64,000 bases of DNA from Octopus vulgaris (GCA_951406725.2 OX597815.1:91202001-91266000); one strand, 5' to 3'. Shown: positions 12,611 to 27,230, counted from the first letter of the stretch. The notes: a model not told the origin generated them from the letters alone. Translations and numbers: made by a program.

Positions 12611-14344
12611 TATATATATATATATATACAACCTTTATTTATGTTGTGGCACAGAAGCATAAAAGTATTCAGTACAGTTTATTTCAAGCATGTGAAAAAC
12701 ACTATATATGTTTATCTGTGTGAGATAAATATGGATTACATGTCTAAACCACAACTTTATTTGGTCAGTTAATGATACATGAGCAAAGTCATGGTTCAGG
12801 GATATAACTCTTGTTTATTTTACACAAATTAACATATACATATGTGTGTACATGTATGTTTGTTATTATTTTGGATGCTATTCAATCTAATCACAAAACG
12901 GTTTTGTATATAAGCGTGTTATATATATGACATTTATAAATGCTTTATCATATTCGATCTTGTTCTAGAATAATATTCTGGCAATACTCTCATATACTCA
13001 ACTGATTCTTATTCATGCTACATAGCTTTTAGTGTTAAAATTTGTCAGAGCTATGTCTACAACTGGACAATATCGTCTGTTTACTTGCAGCAACTTTGTT
13101 AAATTTGGTCGGTCGTATGGTGAACTACTCGTGAGCATGATGAAGTAACTAATAAATCCTAAACTGGTTAATCTGCTGCCAACCATGCAACATGATGAAT
13201 ACATCTAGTGTCGTAACCCCAATATTGCTAGTCCAAAGCAAAACTAAATATATTTTTAAGCCTGTACATGTTAATCAAGAATGCATATTCTTTTACATAC
13301 TGAACTGTTTTGTATGTATATTTGCATGGAGAATGTATGTCTTTATATCAGTGCAGACTTGGTTGTGTAGTTACAAAGTCAATTTGCAACTATGTGGTTT
13401 CAGGTTCAGCCCCACTGCACAGTGCCTAGTGAGTGAATTAGGCTGATAGAAACTGATAAAACTAATGTATATCATTTTCATCATCATCCAAATCATCATT
13501 GTATTATTGTCTGCTTTTCTAAGCTTGCATGAATTGGACAGAATTTGCTGAGGTAGATTTTCTATAGCTGAATCCCCTTCTTGTCATCAGTAGGAGAAGA
13601 TTCCCAAGGGTCAATGTTCTGGGAAAAAACAACTGTGAATATTGGTTAGGGTGGAGCTGAGTAGGTCGGGTGCAAAAAGAGTGGCATGAGACAGAAAGAC
13701 AAGTTGGTCAGGATGTCTGCATTAAATGGAAACAAGGCTAGCTTGTTCCAAATAACAGAGGCTTTTATATCATCATCATCATCATCACCATCATAATCAT
13801 CTTTTAACATCCATCTTCCATGCTGGCATTGGCCAGATGGCTTGACAGGAGCCAATGGTTTAGAAGACTGTGTCATGCTCTGATGTGGCACCAGCACTAG
13901 TGCAATCACTCTGTAGCTTGCAAAACTAAGATGATCCTCTGTGGTTGAGTGGGGCTACATTAAAAAGGGAGATAGCTTTATGTTAGGTGATGAAAATAAG
14001 AGTATGGAGAAAGGGGCTAAAACAGATTTCTTGCTGTAGAGGATATATATATGGTTGCTTACATCACACAAGAATGGGAGGGAATAATCAGCATGAAGCT
14101 GAAAACGTTTGGAGTAATCAATGTGGAGCTAATGAAAAGATGCATGTTATCAATTCTGAGATTCTCACAATTGCTAGTCTACCACAAAATGGTTAAAATA
14201 GGAACAGCTCAACCCACCAAACAGTGACAAGGCCAAGTTTAGTTCCCCTCCTGTTGGGAACAAGCTCCCTAGAAAAACTAGAAATAAGCATTTGGTAAAT
14301 ATGGTTCATTGTAATTCAAAAGAGGTAAAACAAAATTGAAGGAT

Positions 14345-14800
14345 TGGCTGTGTAGTTAGAAGCTTGCTTCCCAACCACATGGTTCCAGGTTCAGTCCCAT
14401 TGCGTGGCATCTTGGACAAATGTCTTCTACTATAACCTCAGGTTGACCAAAGCGTTCTGAGTGGATTTGGTAGACAGAAGCTGAAAGAAGCCTGTCGTGC
14501 ATATGTGTGTGTGTGTGTGTGTGTGTGCGTGTGTGTGTGTGTGCGTGTGCATGCGCATGTGTGTGTATGCATGTGTATGTATTTGTGTGTCCATTGGTCC
14601 CCCCACCATCGCTTGACAACCGATATTAGTGTGTTTACTAGTGTGTTCACATCCCTGTAACTTAGCAGTTTGGCAATACAGACGATAGAATAAGTACTTG
14701 GCTTACAAAGAATAAGTCCTGGGATTGATTTGTTCAACTAAAGGTGGTGCTCCAGCATGGCTGCAGTTGAATGACTGAAACAAGTAAAAGAATAAAAGAA
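14345..14800 (+). mobile_element. tRNA-derived SINE family A (internal microsatellite)
   Basis: Box A/B-like head TGGCTGTGTAGTTAG...GGTTCAGTCCC, CORE-like GGCATCTTGGACAAATGTCTT, central (TG)n, tail GACTGAAACAAGTAAAAGA. Further partial copies: ~2710-3005(-), 8895-9040(-), 11010-11130(+), 13350-13460(+), 28290-28425(+), 29390-29610(-), 31720-31865(-), 32910-33060(+), 35900-36105(+), 39495-39795(-), 42765-42920(-), 56500-56710(-), 58410-58545(-). Confidence 0.85.
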
Positions 14801-17800
14801 TACTTGTGTATGACATGATGGGTCAGTCATTAAATTTGACAAGAACCTAGGCAGATGTTACACTAGTAGAAAGCTTTCTTTTATGGAGAAAAACTACAGA
14901 TTTGCTTTCATTCTTACAAAATATGTCCAGTAGTAAGAAAAGTCAAGACAATTGAGCTTATATGAGAATGCAAGATATTCTCATACAAGCACCAGACTTC
15001 ATAGCAACTTGGTGAGTGTCCAGACCATAAAATATCATTCTAAATATTTGCCCTACATCTGTGCTTCTAAATAAGCTTGATAGTATGTTGACACAAGCAC
15101 CAGTTTCCTCAGTTGGCCTGCAGCTGCCAATCTCAAAACTATGGAGATGAAAATTGCTTCTTCCATTCTTCATTTGAATAAAATATAAACATGTCACTAA
15201 CACATATGCTTTACATGCATATGTACACGTTCTTGGACAGTTATTGACAATCCCAAACTAATCTGTTCTTTGACAGTTCTTGTTCTTCTTCCTGCTGGGT
15301 GTCCAAAATCACCTTCCTAACCGAGTAAAGTGTGTGTGTGAGAGAGAGAGAGAGAGGGGGGGGAGATAGTGTGCATATCTGTGCATGTGTGTGTGTACAT
15401 GAGTGTGCATGTGCACGTGTAAATATATGTATGTGTGTGTATGTATGTGTGTGCGTTTGTATGTATGTATGTATTGTATGTATGTATGTATGTATGCATG
15501 CATGTATGTATGTATGCATGCATGCATGTATGTATGCATAATGCAAAGTCAAAAGATGGTGAAAACAGTTAAAAAAAACTCAAAAAGAACACAATATAAT
15601 GAGACAGGTATTTGTTTAAGACTTGCATGGAAAGAGAAAATAATTTTTTGCCATTTTGAAAGTGAGACTTTCATCTTAGAGAAAAAGAGGCAAAAAGGAA
15701 ATACTGGGAAACAGGAAGAGAGAGAGAGAGAGAGAGAGAGTGTATGTGTGTACATGCATGTGTGTGCATGTGTACATGTGCATATGTGTGTGCATGTGTG
15801 TGTGTGCATGTGTGCATGTGTGTGTGTGCGTGTGTGCATGTGTGTGTGTGTATGTGTGTGTGCATGTGTGAAAGATTAATATTGAATTGGAGGGAAAGAT
15901 GTGGGACAAGATAAAAAGTCAGGAATGCTGTCCTATGAGAAGTCAAAGAGAGGTGTGCACACTTGCAAGTGGGCATATGATGGAATGGGTGTGAGTGTGT
16001 GTATAGGTGTGTGTGAGTGTGTGTATAGGTGTGTGTGAGTGTGTGTATATAGGTGTGTATGGGAGAAAGAGAGAGAGAGAGCATTTACAAAACAATGTTA
16101 AATATCATACAGGGATAAATAACAACCTAAAAACTAAACATAATTAGAAATTCATTGGTTAGAACCGAACCATGTATCTCTCACTTACTAGCCAAACATA
16201 CAGCATTATGTTTTATAGAAATATCTATACAGGTTGTATTTCTTGGTTTATGATGCAGTTCGTAGCCTATTTTGCTAAAGAAGCTTTTTGTGAACACTAC
16301 TGGAAAAGATAAACTCATATATTGCACATCAGATATATTTCAATACACACACACACACACATACAAATACACGCACACATATATATATACATATATATAT
16401 ACATATATATATACATATATATAGACATACATGTGTGTGTGGGGGGGTGTAAGATATATATGATATATATGATATATATGATATTTATTCATTATCTAAG
16501 AAATATGTTTTAAACAAATTCAAATTTCAAAACACACACACACATGTAATACACACCATGTGTATATGCATATTTACATGTGTGTGTGTATGCATGTGTG
16601 TGTATGCATGTGTGTGTGTGTGTGTTAATGAGAAAGAGAGAGACAACAAGAAACAGTGAGAGAGAGAAAGAGAGTAATAAGTATTTTATCTCCAGCTTGT
16701 CAGATTCTTTCACTCCTCATCTTACAGCTTTATTCTTAAGTTTATTATTACTGAGAAACTTCTAGCTAATTCTTACATGAAAACTTATCGATTTTCTGCT
16801 TCCTAGTGTTTTGACTATTGAACGAGGATTGACATAAGGGTTTACAGCAATGTTGACCTCAGGAACAGGAAAGCATTATCCCCACTCTGTATCTATGTCT
16901 TTTTAGACTTGCTGAAATTCCAATTTAACATGTGCAAAGAGAAACTTGAAATGCAATCTCAATTGCAAGTAAGATGCAGGAATCAACATTTCCTTGCACA
17001 ACTGCATTGTAATTACTTCATGAAATTCCTGCTAAGGAAATAAGAGAGAAAGAAGAGAAGAAAGAAGACAAAAAGAAAGAGTAATAGAAAGTGAAAATTG
17101 GAATGCATTTGGTTTTTTTTTTTCCTTTTTTTTGCAACAGACCTATTTGTTGTCTACTAGAAGTAATGGATTAGTTCTGTTGTTTAGAAGACTAACATAA
17201 TACACACATTCATTCATCAAATATTATTATTAGCAAGAATTTCACTTGCAAGATGAGGCCCTGAGAGACGTTGGCATCTGCAATGTAATGGCTTCAATTC
17301 AGGTTTCTTGGAAAAAAAAGATTGGCTTATATTTTCATTCATCAAGCATAAATGTTGATGACATTGGCTGTCTCCAATTAACTTTGATCAGAATGTTAGA
17401 CACGAGAAATTAACTCTGTGAGTTGTTTCATCTGATGTATTACCATTTTTGCCAGTGCCTTTGACTTTTAACTTATTATGGTAGTGAGAAGCCAAAGAAG
17501 AATCCTCAGTGTGACCATTAACAACTCTGAGAATTAACAATCACCTCTACCTAAAAATCACACCTCAGCCATCTTAAATAATTAATGGGCGCATTAAATA
17601 ACAAAGTTCTCCACGATCTTAAGAGGCAGCATAATCACAGCTGGGATGAACAGAATGGATTATATGAAGCTTATGAGGTTCTACATATCTGAAACAGTTG
17701 ATGTCCCCTTGCATGCAAACACAGATCAGATTCCACTTGAGTATGTAAATTAAGATAATGAAATTGATTCATAATTTCCTGAAATTTTTTTGCCTTTGCT

Positions 17801-19246
17801 TTGTGAGTTGGCAGCCAATTTTTGTGTTTCTCTAACTAAAAGAAAAGTTTAAGTTAATTTATAAATTTTCACAGTGGATTCAGTACATCAACCACCTACT
17901 TATTTATCAGAAATATATAGGTCTTTCTCTTAACATACTTGGCTAATAATTTAAGACTCTACGGTGAAAGATGCAGCAACAGTTACACATTAAATATCTT
18001 CAATGAAATGACAACAAAAATATCCAATATGAATTGAAAAGTCACCATAAAAATTTTGATTACAACTAGTGAAATAAAACTTGATTTCAGTTCTGATGCT
18101 AAAATTATCCATCATAGATTTGTAAAGTTTCTCTTTGCTGGTCTCATAAATTTATTGCTAAATATCACCTAGCTAACAAAATTGATTGCCTTGTAAAATA
18201 TTTGTTGAAAATGGTCATAAGCATCAAACCTTATAAGCAGTTATCTTGAAGTCTAGAACAAAAACAACAATATCACAACAACAAATTCTAGCAATGATAA
18301 CATCAATTATCATAGCTGTAATATTATTCTTGTTATGAATGCTGGCCATCTTCACAGAAATAACATAAATTTCTCAAAACTACTGATTATAAAACTAGCT
18401 TTTCAAATAAAGAATTTATTTATGTAAGATTCTGACTTCTGAGGAATACTTTATGAGATGAGAGTTTCAGAAAGAATTAGATCTAGATGGTCAGTATATG
18501 ATTGACTAGTTAATGTTAAAGGTCAGTGTGCAGTGAATTGATGTTAAAAGTCAATATGTAATTGATTAAATAGTGTTAAAGGTCAGATTCAGGGGGACAA
18601 GACACCAAAGGTCAATGGTCAACATTTGATGGACAAATGATGTGGAAGGTCAGAGTACTAGTTGCAGTCAATTGCCACCTGATAATGGACTAACCAATGT
18701 TAATAATCAAAAGTTAATAGGCAAAATGGTGTTAAAAGTCAATATAAGATTGACATTTCAGTACTATAAGTCAGTATTTGTTGATGGATTGCTATCAATA
18801 GTTGACCTGATCGATTACAGGGGTTTGTATGTGAACAATACTCATCATGAGATAGCAACAAATTGTTAAGAAGGGTCAGTATGGTCTCAAACAGTGTGTG
18901 AATTCATTAAATTCAATATCGCAGTGAATTAAACAATTATTAATTAAACAGTGCTTTCATTGCATATATCCTGCTGTATCTGATACAGCTATGTAAACAG
19001 AACCAGTGAGAGTATAGTGTCTTGCTTAATGGATACTGTACAGTTCTAATGAGTAATTGAAAACTATACAACTTTTCATCTCGCCAATACATTATCAACT
19101 TAGACATCTGTATTTATTTATCATTTGCTCAGCTGGAGGATATAAAAATGTTCAAGATGTCAGCAGAGATTAAACTTTTTTGTTCAGATGTCTTTAATAG
19201 AAAAAAATGCATTTAACAGAAAAATTATATTCTAAGAAATACAACA

Positions 19247-19648
19247 GGCATAGCTGTGTTGTAAGAAGCTTGCATCCCAACCACATGGTTCTGGTTCAGT
19301 CCCACTGTGAGGCACCTCTGGTAAGTGTCTTCTACTATAGTCTTGGGCTGACCAAAGCCTTGTGAGTTGATTTGGTAGACAGAAACTGAAAGAAGCCCAC
19401 CATGTATGTGTGTGTGTGTGTGTGGGTGTATCTTTGTGTCTGTGTTTGTTCCCCACCACCACTTGACAACCAATGTTGGTGTATTTACATCCTCATAACT
19501 TAGCAGTTTGGCAAAAGCAGTTGAATAAGTACCAGGTTTAAAAAAAAGTACTGGGGTCAAGTAATTCAGCTAAAAATTCTTCAAGGTGGTGCCCCAGCAT
19601 GGCCACAGTCTAATGACTGAAACAAGTATAAGAGAAGAGATAAAAGAT
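19247..19648 (+). mobile_element. SINE family A, full-length
   Basis: Same head, CORE-like segment, (TG)n and tail as 14345-14800. Confidence 0.85.
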
Positions 19649-20982
19649 ATTGTTCAAGGATATGTTTAATATAATTTGGCTGCTATTTTGTTTATTGAGA
19701 AAAATGCAACTGCTCCCTGTTGCTAAACATTATGTGGTCCTTATATTATTTGTTGAGAGATATTTGGCCACTGCATTGAATAAGGTGAGTGATAATTTAG
19801 AGGTAACTGCATTACTTGTTATAATCATGATAGCAATTAGGTATTCTGAAGACATTATCAGTGTGTCATATTTAAATATAGTCCATGTGCAACTGACAGA
19901 AAAATAATATTTTAATTAAATAATACAAGTATAACAAATATGATTATAAAGTTCTGACACACTGATTCAAAGCATAGCAGGATTCACAATGGCTTCTGTA
20001 ACTTGGTAACATTACCCAGTAATTAACCTGATTTTTGTTACCTTTAAACCTTTAATATACTGAGAGCATAGTGAAATTGCTCCAAAAATGACTGAATACT
20101 GAGGGAACAAAATTTTACCCACATGTAAAATTTACATATAAATGCTACAAGTATTAATGAGTATATAAAATTTCATAGATCAGGGAATATTTCATTTACG
20201 TTTAATAGAGTAACAGAACACAACAGCAATTGAAAGGATAGCAGAATGAAATTTGAGTTCTGGAATGAAGCATTTCAGAGAAGAAATGGAGAAAATGTTT
20301 AGTACATAATTTGGAGAAGTGAAATTACTTCCATGTTAGCTGTGTTCAGCTTTGGTAAGATAACACTGCACAATAAAACTATAGATTTCAGTTGACACTG
20401 TGTAAAAATTAATTAAACTTAATTAAATACATTGGACAGTCATAAACACCTGACTTTTCATACAGTTTCACCATGAACAGAGAAAGAAAGATCAACTGGA
20501 TCGATTTCAAATTTTATTGAGATTTCATCAGTAACTGATTATGTTACCCTAAGTACCTGCAGTAATATTGTACACATAACCACTATAATTAAAGGTTTTA
20601 TTAAATTGGATACATCAAATTGGCAACTTTGATAAATATATTACTGACACATTAGCAGTGTTCATCTCTGATTAGATTAAAAGAAAATAGATGGACTAAA
20701 TCATTAAGTTAAGTACTTCTGTGAATACAGTGGCAGCTTTGTGATTTGATATGAACTGTGAATCCTTCTTATTATAGATCAATAGCTTACTAAAGGAACA
20801 AAAGTCGATCTATTTTTATGTGCATTGGGGTAGACTGTGTCCATTAAACAGTTTAAGTATTTAAAAATCAATTTGATTCCTAGAATCAAGATTAGTATGT
20901 GAAAGCATGTGTGTGTGTAGAGCCTGTATGTTCATATGCATGTGTGTGTGTAGAGCCTGTATGTTCATATGCATGTGTGTGC

Positions 20983-21025
<43 letters not shown>

Positions 21026-21029
21026 ATGC

Positions 21030-24000
21030 AGATGACAGTATTGTAATTAGTCCCCATAGAAGATGCATACCCACAAAGGCTTTATGAAACTGAAGGAAAT
21101 TGAAATTGTAATTCATGCTGTTACCTGCACCCACTGCATCCAGCCAAGCAACCACAAAGATATTCTTCTTTCCAGATGTTGAAAACATCTCCCAACATCC
21201 CTACCAGCTTTCCCAGGTCCACAGGATATGAGCTTCCACAATCAACGTTGGCACAGTGAAAGGTAGGTCTAGTGAGATTGTTGAAATGCTTGAGCAGAAA
21301 AGTGTAGATGTGTACTGTGTGCAAGAGGTATGAGGAAGGGGAACCTCAACCAGATTGCTTACAGACAAGAGTCATAGACACAAGCTTTTCTGAGTGCGCA
21401 ACAATGATTGTCTAGGTGGTGTTGGTATTCTTCTGGCAGAGAAATGGGTGGATAAGGTAACTGAGGTAGTCAGAGAATGTAATAAGATTAGTAAGTCTTG
21501 TTTAATGTAAGAGTATCATTTATCTCTGCATGTGCTCTACTCATCAGACTCACGGATATTCAGTAGGAATGTTTCTATGAATCCTTTCTGTGGTTTACCT
21601 CAACAACAAAAGACAATGACGTTCTCATTGTGAAAGGGGACTTCAATGATCATGTTGGGAAATACTTCGATGTATTTCAGGGTGTGTATAGAGGCTACAA
21701 TTTTGGCTCTAGAAATGCGAGGGAACACGGCTGCTACAGTTTTGTGATGTACTGGACTTACTAGTCTACAACAGCAACTTCAGGAAACCTGCCAGCCATC
21801 TGATCACTTATCACTCTGGTAGGCACACTAGCCAGATTTACTACATTCTCACCAGAAACAGGGACATGCATATGCTAGTGAATGCAAAATCCTTTCTAGG
21901 TGAAAAATGTACAACTCAACAAAGGCTAGTGGTTAGTGACTTCAGACTTAAGGCTAGAATAATCCAGAGCCACAAACTGATATGAAAAAGGAGGTTATGG
22001 AAACTCAAGGAACCTTCAAAAGGGCAGAGATTTAGAGATATTCTTAACGAAGCCTTTCATGAGAAGGAGGAAGAGATGGAGACATATGACATAGAGGACA
22101 ACTGGAAGTTCAAGCAGGACAATCTCCTGAAGGTGACAGAACAAATCTGTGGTTGGAGCAAAGCCTCTGCCAGACCAAGAGTGACATAGTGGTAGAAGAG
22201 TGAGGCTGACAGGGCCATAAAAAAAGAAGAGACAGGTGTGGAAAGAGTGGAAAAGAGAAGGATAGCAAAGAACCATATCAGATAGCTTTTTTTGTGATCC
22301 CCTTCGGTCATGAATGACCATGGGATTGCACCTAGAAAGTTACCCTCTGAGGCACAAGTCGCCCATGCATACTGGCCATCAGATAGCTAAAAGAGAAGCT
22401 AAGCATCAGATTTGTCTAGCTAGGGCAGAAACAGAAAGGAAGAGATTTGCCAATGTCTTGCAGCATGAAGATCAGAAACTTGAAGTGTTGCAGATTGCTA
22501 GGCAGTATCAGAGAGAATCGAGATATTGTGAGCGAGAAGTGTGTATGGATGGATAATGATATGTTTGCACTAAATGATTTTGAAAAGAAAGTGGCATGGA
22601 AGAGTTACTATGTAAAGTTATTAAATGTGGAGAATGAAGGGGAGCAAGGGAATTTCCCTCATGTGAACCTAACAGAAAAACCAGTTATCTTAGTTGACAA
22701 CAGTATAATAGATAGAGCAATTAAAGGTATGAAGGCAGGACAAGCTCTTGGTCAATCTGGAGTCACTGCTGAGATATTTAAAATATCAGCCTTGTCACCT
22801 GCATAGTTAATCAGGTTATTTAGTAAAGTGCAGCCTCTAGTGACTGGTGTAGTAGCATTATAGTCAGTTGTTACAAGAGAGATGCCACAGACCAATGTAA
22901 TTATAGAGGCGTTAAATTGCTGGACCAGGTGATGAAAGTTACAGAGAGTTATAGCCCAATTAATTAGAAACAGAATTATGCTAGATAATAGGCAGTTTGG
23001 CTTTGTGCTGGGGAGAAGTACTACTGATGCAAGAAGAGTATTTATCAAAGAATAAGCCATTATGCTTGACATTTGTTGATCTAGAGAAAGCCTGGGTGAT
23101 ATGGTGGGCTCTGTGGGTGCTTGGAGTAGATGGGTGGCTTGTGAAAGCTGTACAGGCCATGTACAGGGGCTCTGTCAGCAAGGTGAGAGTTGACCATGAG
23201 TACAGTGATGGATTTGGTGTACAAGTAGTCACTCATCAGGACTCAGTTCTCAGTCTCCACCTTTTCATAATAGTCCTTTGGGCCATAACAGAGGAATTCA
23301 AGACCGGACTGACCCTGGGAAGTGTTATATGTTGATGACCTTGCTCTCTTAGCAGATTCTGTGACAGAACTAGAAAAGAAATTCCATGTGTGGAAGCAAA
23401 ACCTGGAATCAAAGGGACCTAAGATTAACTTATCGAAGACTAAGATTTTAGCAAGTAACAAAACAGCAGGGACCCTACCCACTTTAAGTGAATGGTCCTT
23501 AATATGTGGAAAAGGTATAGGCAGGAACTCCATATGGTGTACTTAGTGCACAAGAGGTGCAGTGAAATAATATAAGGGTATTGGGCTATCAGAGAAAGCA
23601 GTGTTTGTGGAAGATGTAGATACACCAGAACTATAAAGGATACACATACTCAGGAAATTAATTCTCTCAAATACCCAAGAAGCTCTTTAGAGGTACTGGA
23701 TAATTTCTGCTACCAAGGGAGTCAAATTAGTAGTGGGAGTGGATGTACAAAAAGTATAAACACTAAAATAAGAATAGGATGGAGAAAATTCAGAGCTTTT
23801 GCCACTGTTGGCAACCAAAGGTCTCTCTCTCTCTCCAAGTGAAAGGAAGATTGTATGGTGCATATATACAAACAGTGATACTACATGGTAGTGAAATATG
23901 GGCCCTGAATGCAAAGGACATGTAAAGGCTAGAGAGAAATAAAGTTAGTATGCTCTGCTGGAGGTGCAGTGTAAGTGTACATGTGTAACAGAGTGCTAGC

Positions 24001-24512
24001 ATATTGAAAGAAAAGTTAGGCATAAGAAGAATTAGATGCAGTATGCAAGAAAGAATGTAGCGCTTGTTTGATCAGGTGATGCGGATGGATGTAGAGACTA
24101 CATAAAGAAATGCTGATCACTTAAAGTGGATGGAACTATTGGAAGAGAGAGATCCAGGAGGACATATGACAAAGTACTAAAGGTTGATCTCAAGACACTG
24201 AGCCTTATAGAGGACATGACAAAGGACTGAGATATTTGGCACCTCACTGTATTCAAGAAGACCTGCCCACAACAGTAAAATTATTAATGCTCTCCTCCAA
24301 GCTGAAAAGGGTTTTGCCTTGCAAGAGCCCTCATGCCAGTTCATGTAAATAGCACCCAGCACACTCTTGTAAAGTGGTTGGTGCTAGGAAGGACTTGCAA
24401 CCATAGAAACCAAACCAAATCAGACTGGAACCTGGTAAAGCTCACCAGCTAGCCAGCTCTGGTCAAACCAATCAGCCTATGCCAGCATGGAAACCAGATG
24501 TTAAATGATGAT
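21030..24512 (+). mobile_element. near full-length decayed RTE-clade LINE (APE endonuclease + RT) with 3' tail
   Basis: APE motifs VDVYCVQEV (~21305) and GDFN (~21638). RT motifs LTFVDLEKA, HQDSVLS and LYVDDL (~23325-23342), then a Cys-rich segment and C-terminal GRxRxT. The tail ends in (GAT)n. Many stops and frameshifts. Confidence 0.92.
22288..22377 (-). mobile_element. short retroposed insertion inside the RTE LINE
   Basis: Flanked by the direct repeat ATCAGATAGCT (22277 and 22378), oligo-T at the left end, and a stem-loop GGTCAT/ATGACC near its 3' end. Confidence 0.75.
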
Positions 24513-25144
24513 ATATGCACTTTCATACACACACACACACACACACACATGAAACAGATAAAGAGTATGTCAATACCTGATAATTTTTATACATACATGC
24601 ATGTATGCAAACACACACACATACACACACATACACAAACACATGCACACACGTAGGATAGTTCTTATAATTTATAAAAACGTGTCCACAATGGTTTCCT
24701 TATTTCCAGATAAAGACCTGTCCTTTTTTATAATGGTATTGTCAACTTTGGAGAATTCTTGCTTCTTTGAGCTTATCTCTCCTTCTCATTTGGAGCTCAT
24801 CTTAATTACCATTTGGTAATTATGATACATCCCCTAATGGCAGAAATAATTATAACAAACCAGGAATTTCTGCTGTATGGCATTTGATATATCTGCATTT
24901 GTATGTGTGTATATATGTGTGTTTGTATGTATGTATGTATGCATACATATATATAAATATATATGCATGTATATATGTATGTATGTATGTATGCATGCAT
25001 GTATGTACATATATACATACCTATATATATATCCATGTATGTATGTATACTTACATATAAATATATATGCATACTTGTAAATATAAATATGCATATGTGC
25101 ATGTATGCATGTCTATATGTATGTATGCATACATGTATATGTGC

Positions 25145-25175
<31 letters not shown>

Positions 25176-26788
25176 CATGTGTGTGTGTGTACGTATGTGT
25201 GTGTATCCAGTATTGATATACTCGTTATCTGTTTCATGTATATTGTATAAATTTATTGCCTGGACATAATCAACAGAATCCATCAAAAGCTCAAAAATTC
25301 TGTTATTTGCCAGGTATTGCAAAAATGTATAATAAAAAAAAAAGAGAGAAAGTGAAGTGCATTTTTGTTTTTAAAGTGATGATGGTATTAGGGACTCAGA
25401 TAAAGAGTTATAATAAGAAGAGATGCTAAATGTATTGTAAAGTGAGCAGAATTCTGAGAAACAGACATCAGACTAAAAAGAGGTTTCAAACTGATTGACA
25501 GAACACCAGAAGCAATATAGTATTACTTTTGCCAAAAAGTTTGTTTTTCAAGTTAACTTCAACTTTGACCATTACAGTTAAGAAGAGAAAACTGAAAGAA
25601 ATTGGCAGCATAAAAATTCAAGGCAGTTTTGATGCAGTTAAACCTGGCAATGGAAATATGATTTACTTTCATCTAACTTCTCACTAACCAAGTGTTTCGG
25701 TCACGGTATATCATTTTTAAAATAACGATAAAACAAAAACACAATGTGAAAGATTTTAATACATTATTTTATGATCCATAACTTACTTTGTAATCACTTT
25801 TTAATTTTGATCATAAAACTCTTCAGTTAATCTCAGATGCTTTTGTTTTGTTTTGTGTTTTCATTTTTTCTTTGTTTTTGTCTTGTTTTGTTTTTGGTAA
25901 AGCAATAAATGATATCACTAATTAGATTAGAAAAGCTATTCTTCTATCAATAGATTGGTTAATTATTTTCTGTAAAACTCATTAAATTGATTGATCTTTT
26001 TATAAAATTGATTAAATTGGAACTAAGTTAATTATCCTGATAGTGAATGTATATATGTATGTATATCATAGAGTATGGTATGTACAAGGTGTATACACAT
26101 GTTTGTGGGAGAGATATGGTAGTGGGTGATGGGATGATGGTGACAGTGATGGTAGTCGTGGTAAGATGGGGATAATATATGTATTGTAACTGTGTATTTA
26201 AATATATTAGAAATGTTGTTTCACATTTCAGTTACTTTATAGAAAGTCATTTCAGGATTTAAAAGCCTATGTGCAAACACAGACACACACACGCACTGTG
26301 TGTGTGTGTGTGTGTGTGTGTGCATGTGTGATTATCATTTTTATGTCTATTTCTCCCAAGTAGCATGGGTTGGATAGGTAGCCTTGTGTACAGCACAACA
26401 GTCAACCTTAGTGTTGTATGTGGCTTATACCATGGACTGAAGGAACTCTATTGATTGGTACTAGAGAGGTTATGTCATGCAAAGAACTAGAAGGGATCCT
26501 TCTACTTTGTATCAGTTCTCTTTTAGAATTACTGCCTCTAAGACAAATTACTTTTTGAATCTGATGATCAGATCTGATCTGGGTCTAGTTCTTCAGGATT
26601 TTACACATTTGGTTATTGCAGAGGAAATTAGAGAACTATAACTACAAAATTGAATGGGGTTATATGGCAGTGATCTGATACAGTTTGTAACCAGGGATTT
26701 GCAATGGTTTCTTGGTAACTGTCTTCATAATGTTATGTAAAGAAATATATTGAGAAGTTCTAGAAGAAATATACTGAGAAGTTCTATA

Positions 26789-26959
26789 GGAGTAGGAGTG
26801 GCTGTGTGGTAAGTAGCTTGCTTACCAACCACATGATTCCAGGTTCAGTCCCACTGCGTGGCACCTTGGGCATGTGTCTTCTACTATAGACTCAGGCCGA
26901 CCAAAGCCTTGTGAGTGGATTTGGTAGATGGAAACGGAAAAAAACCCATCGTATATATG

Positions 26960-27019
<60 letters not shown>

Positions 27020-27230
27020 TGTGTGTCTGTTTTTGTCCCCCCACAACATCACTTGACAACCGATGGTGGTGTGTTTACATCCCCGTAACTTAGCAGTTCG
27101 GCAAAAGATACCGATAGAAAAAGTACTAGGCTTACAACGAATAAGTCCTGGGGTCGATTTGCTCGACTAAAGGTGGTGCTCCAGCATGGCCACAGTCAAA
27201 TGACTGAAACAAGTAAAAGAGTAAAGAGTA
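26789..27230 (+). mobile_element. SINE family A, full-length, relatively young
   Basis: Complete head to tail with internal (TA)n; several CpGs retained. Confidence 0.9.

Noticed and set aside
20490-20540. CTGATGA...GAAATCGATC on the minus strand
   Set aside because: Stem II is only ~2 A-U pairs and stem I does not pair; probably chance.
26789-26860. tRNA gene
   Set aside because: Box A/B-like head of a SINE; no cloverleaf, and it continues into the SINE body.
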